Shown one piece after another: positions 63,355 through 64,000 of a stretch of DNA of 64,000 bases (its first letter is position 1; every line of letters begins with the position of its first letter). Location: contig OZ024741.1 in assembly GCA_964016885.1 (NCBI GenBank), positions 43,028,001 through 43,092,000 on the forward strand, read 5' to 3'. The position numbers and the translations under genes were made by a program. This stretch comes from Eledone cirrhosa (lineage: Eukaryota). The notes under the pieces are model-generated. The model worked only from the letters and a program-made list of their open reading frames with translations. It was not told the DNA's origin and searched no databases.

Positions 63355-64000
63355 ATCTAACAGGTTTAAAGTAGAAGAAAGAGCTTAATATTCGGTGGGG
63401 GCAAGAGGAAAAAATTTCAGACTTTCTATTTAGTAGAGGGCATTTAGCAAATATAATAGAGTGGGATTCGGCAAGGCACAGGTTGCATACTCTACTATGA
63501 GGAGTATATGGATGGGATTTAGCAACCTGCCGCCAAGTAAGTGTGTAAGGTGTTCGTGCATTTTTTTAAATTATGGACGTACGCTGCCAAGGAGGTGGAG
63601 TTCTTCAGTTTATTATGTCTAAAAGTGCATTGATGAGAGTTAAACCTGGTCTTAAAGGGGGTGGAAGTTGATCCTATATAGGTCATAGTGGACGCCGTAG
63701 TTACCACATCACACGCATAAACTATGTTTCTAACAAGGCAGAAACCATTCAGGGGGCAGCCCGAAGCCCTTCTACAGTTACAACCTCTGGTGATGCTATT
63801 CTCAGAAAGATCACCACCAGTGTTACTGCCCACTCTATCCACTACCGTGTTTTCCCCTAGGCTTAGGTTGTCCAGGCCTTCCTTTATTTTCTTATTATTA
63901 GTAATGGCCAGATGAGAGGCTAGATTTTGGGTTGTAGAATATGAAAGTTTAACAACATTCTTATTGAGGATAGAGTGGTACCTATTACCAGGAGGGAAGT
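63355..64000 (-). mobile_element. PLE GIY-YIG region (same lineage as 29385), continuing beyond the window
   Basis: FPPGNRYHSILNKNVVKLSYSTTQNL..GCNCRRASGCPLNGFCLVRNIVYAC..YIGST..KTRFNSH..STSLAAYV, then frameshifted CNLCLAE..LNRKSE..CPHR. Confidence 0.88.

Overview
Eukaryotic, AT-rich, repeat-saturated DNA. It is most likely from an octopod/coleoid cephalopod, inferred from the SINE families and the (TA)n/(CA)n load. No host protein-coding exon could be supported. The window is a nest of mobile elements: a degraded R4/Dong-like LINE, a Rex3/RTE-like LINE, two copies of a Tx1-clade LINE (one near full length, both inside (ATT)n tracts), an internally deleted mariner, several tRNA-derived SINEs, and at least eight Penelope-like element (PLE) remnants from three apparent lineages, two of them with long stop-free RT+GIY-YIG frames. 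The most striking unannotated signal is a dense set of type I hammerhead-ribozyme (HHR) motifs from many sequence-unrelated families, identified by hand from base-pairing. Most sit in inverted-repeat pairs with one polarity: left copy on the minus strand, right copy on the plus strand, both 3' ends facing outward, usually into (TA)n. Several pairs enclose no ORF at all. Coordinates of degraded elements are approximate.
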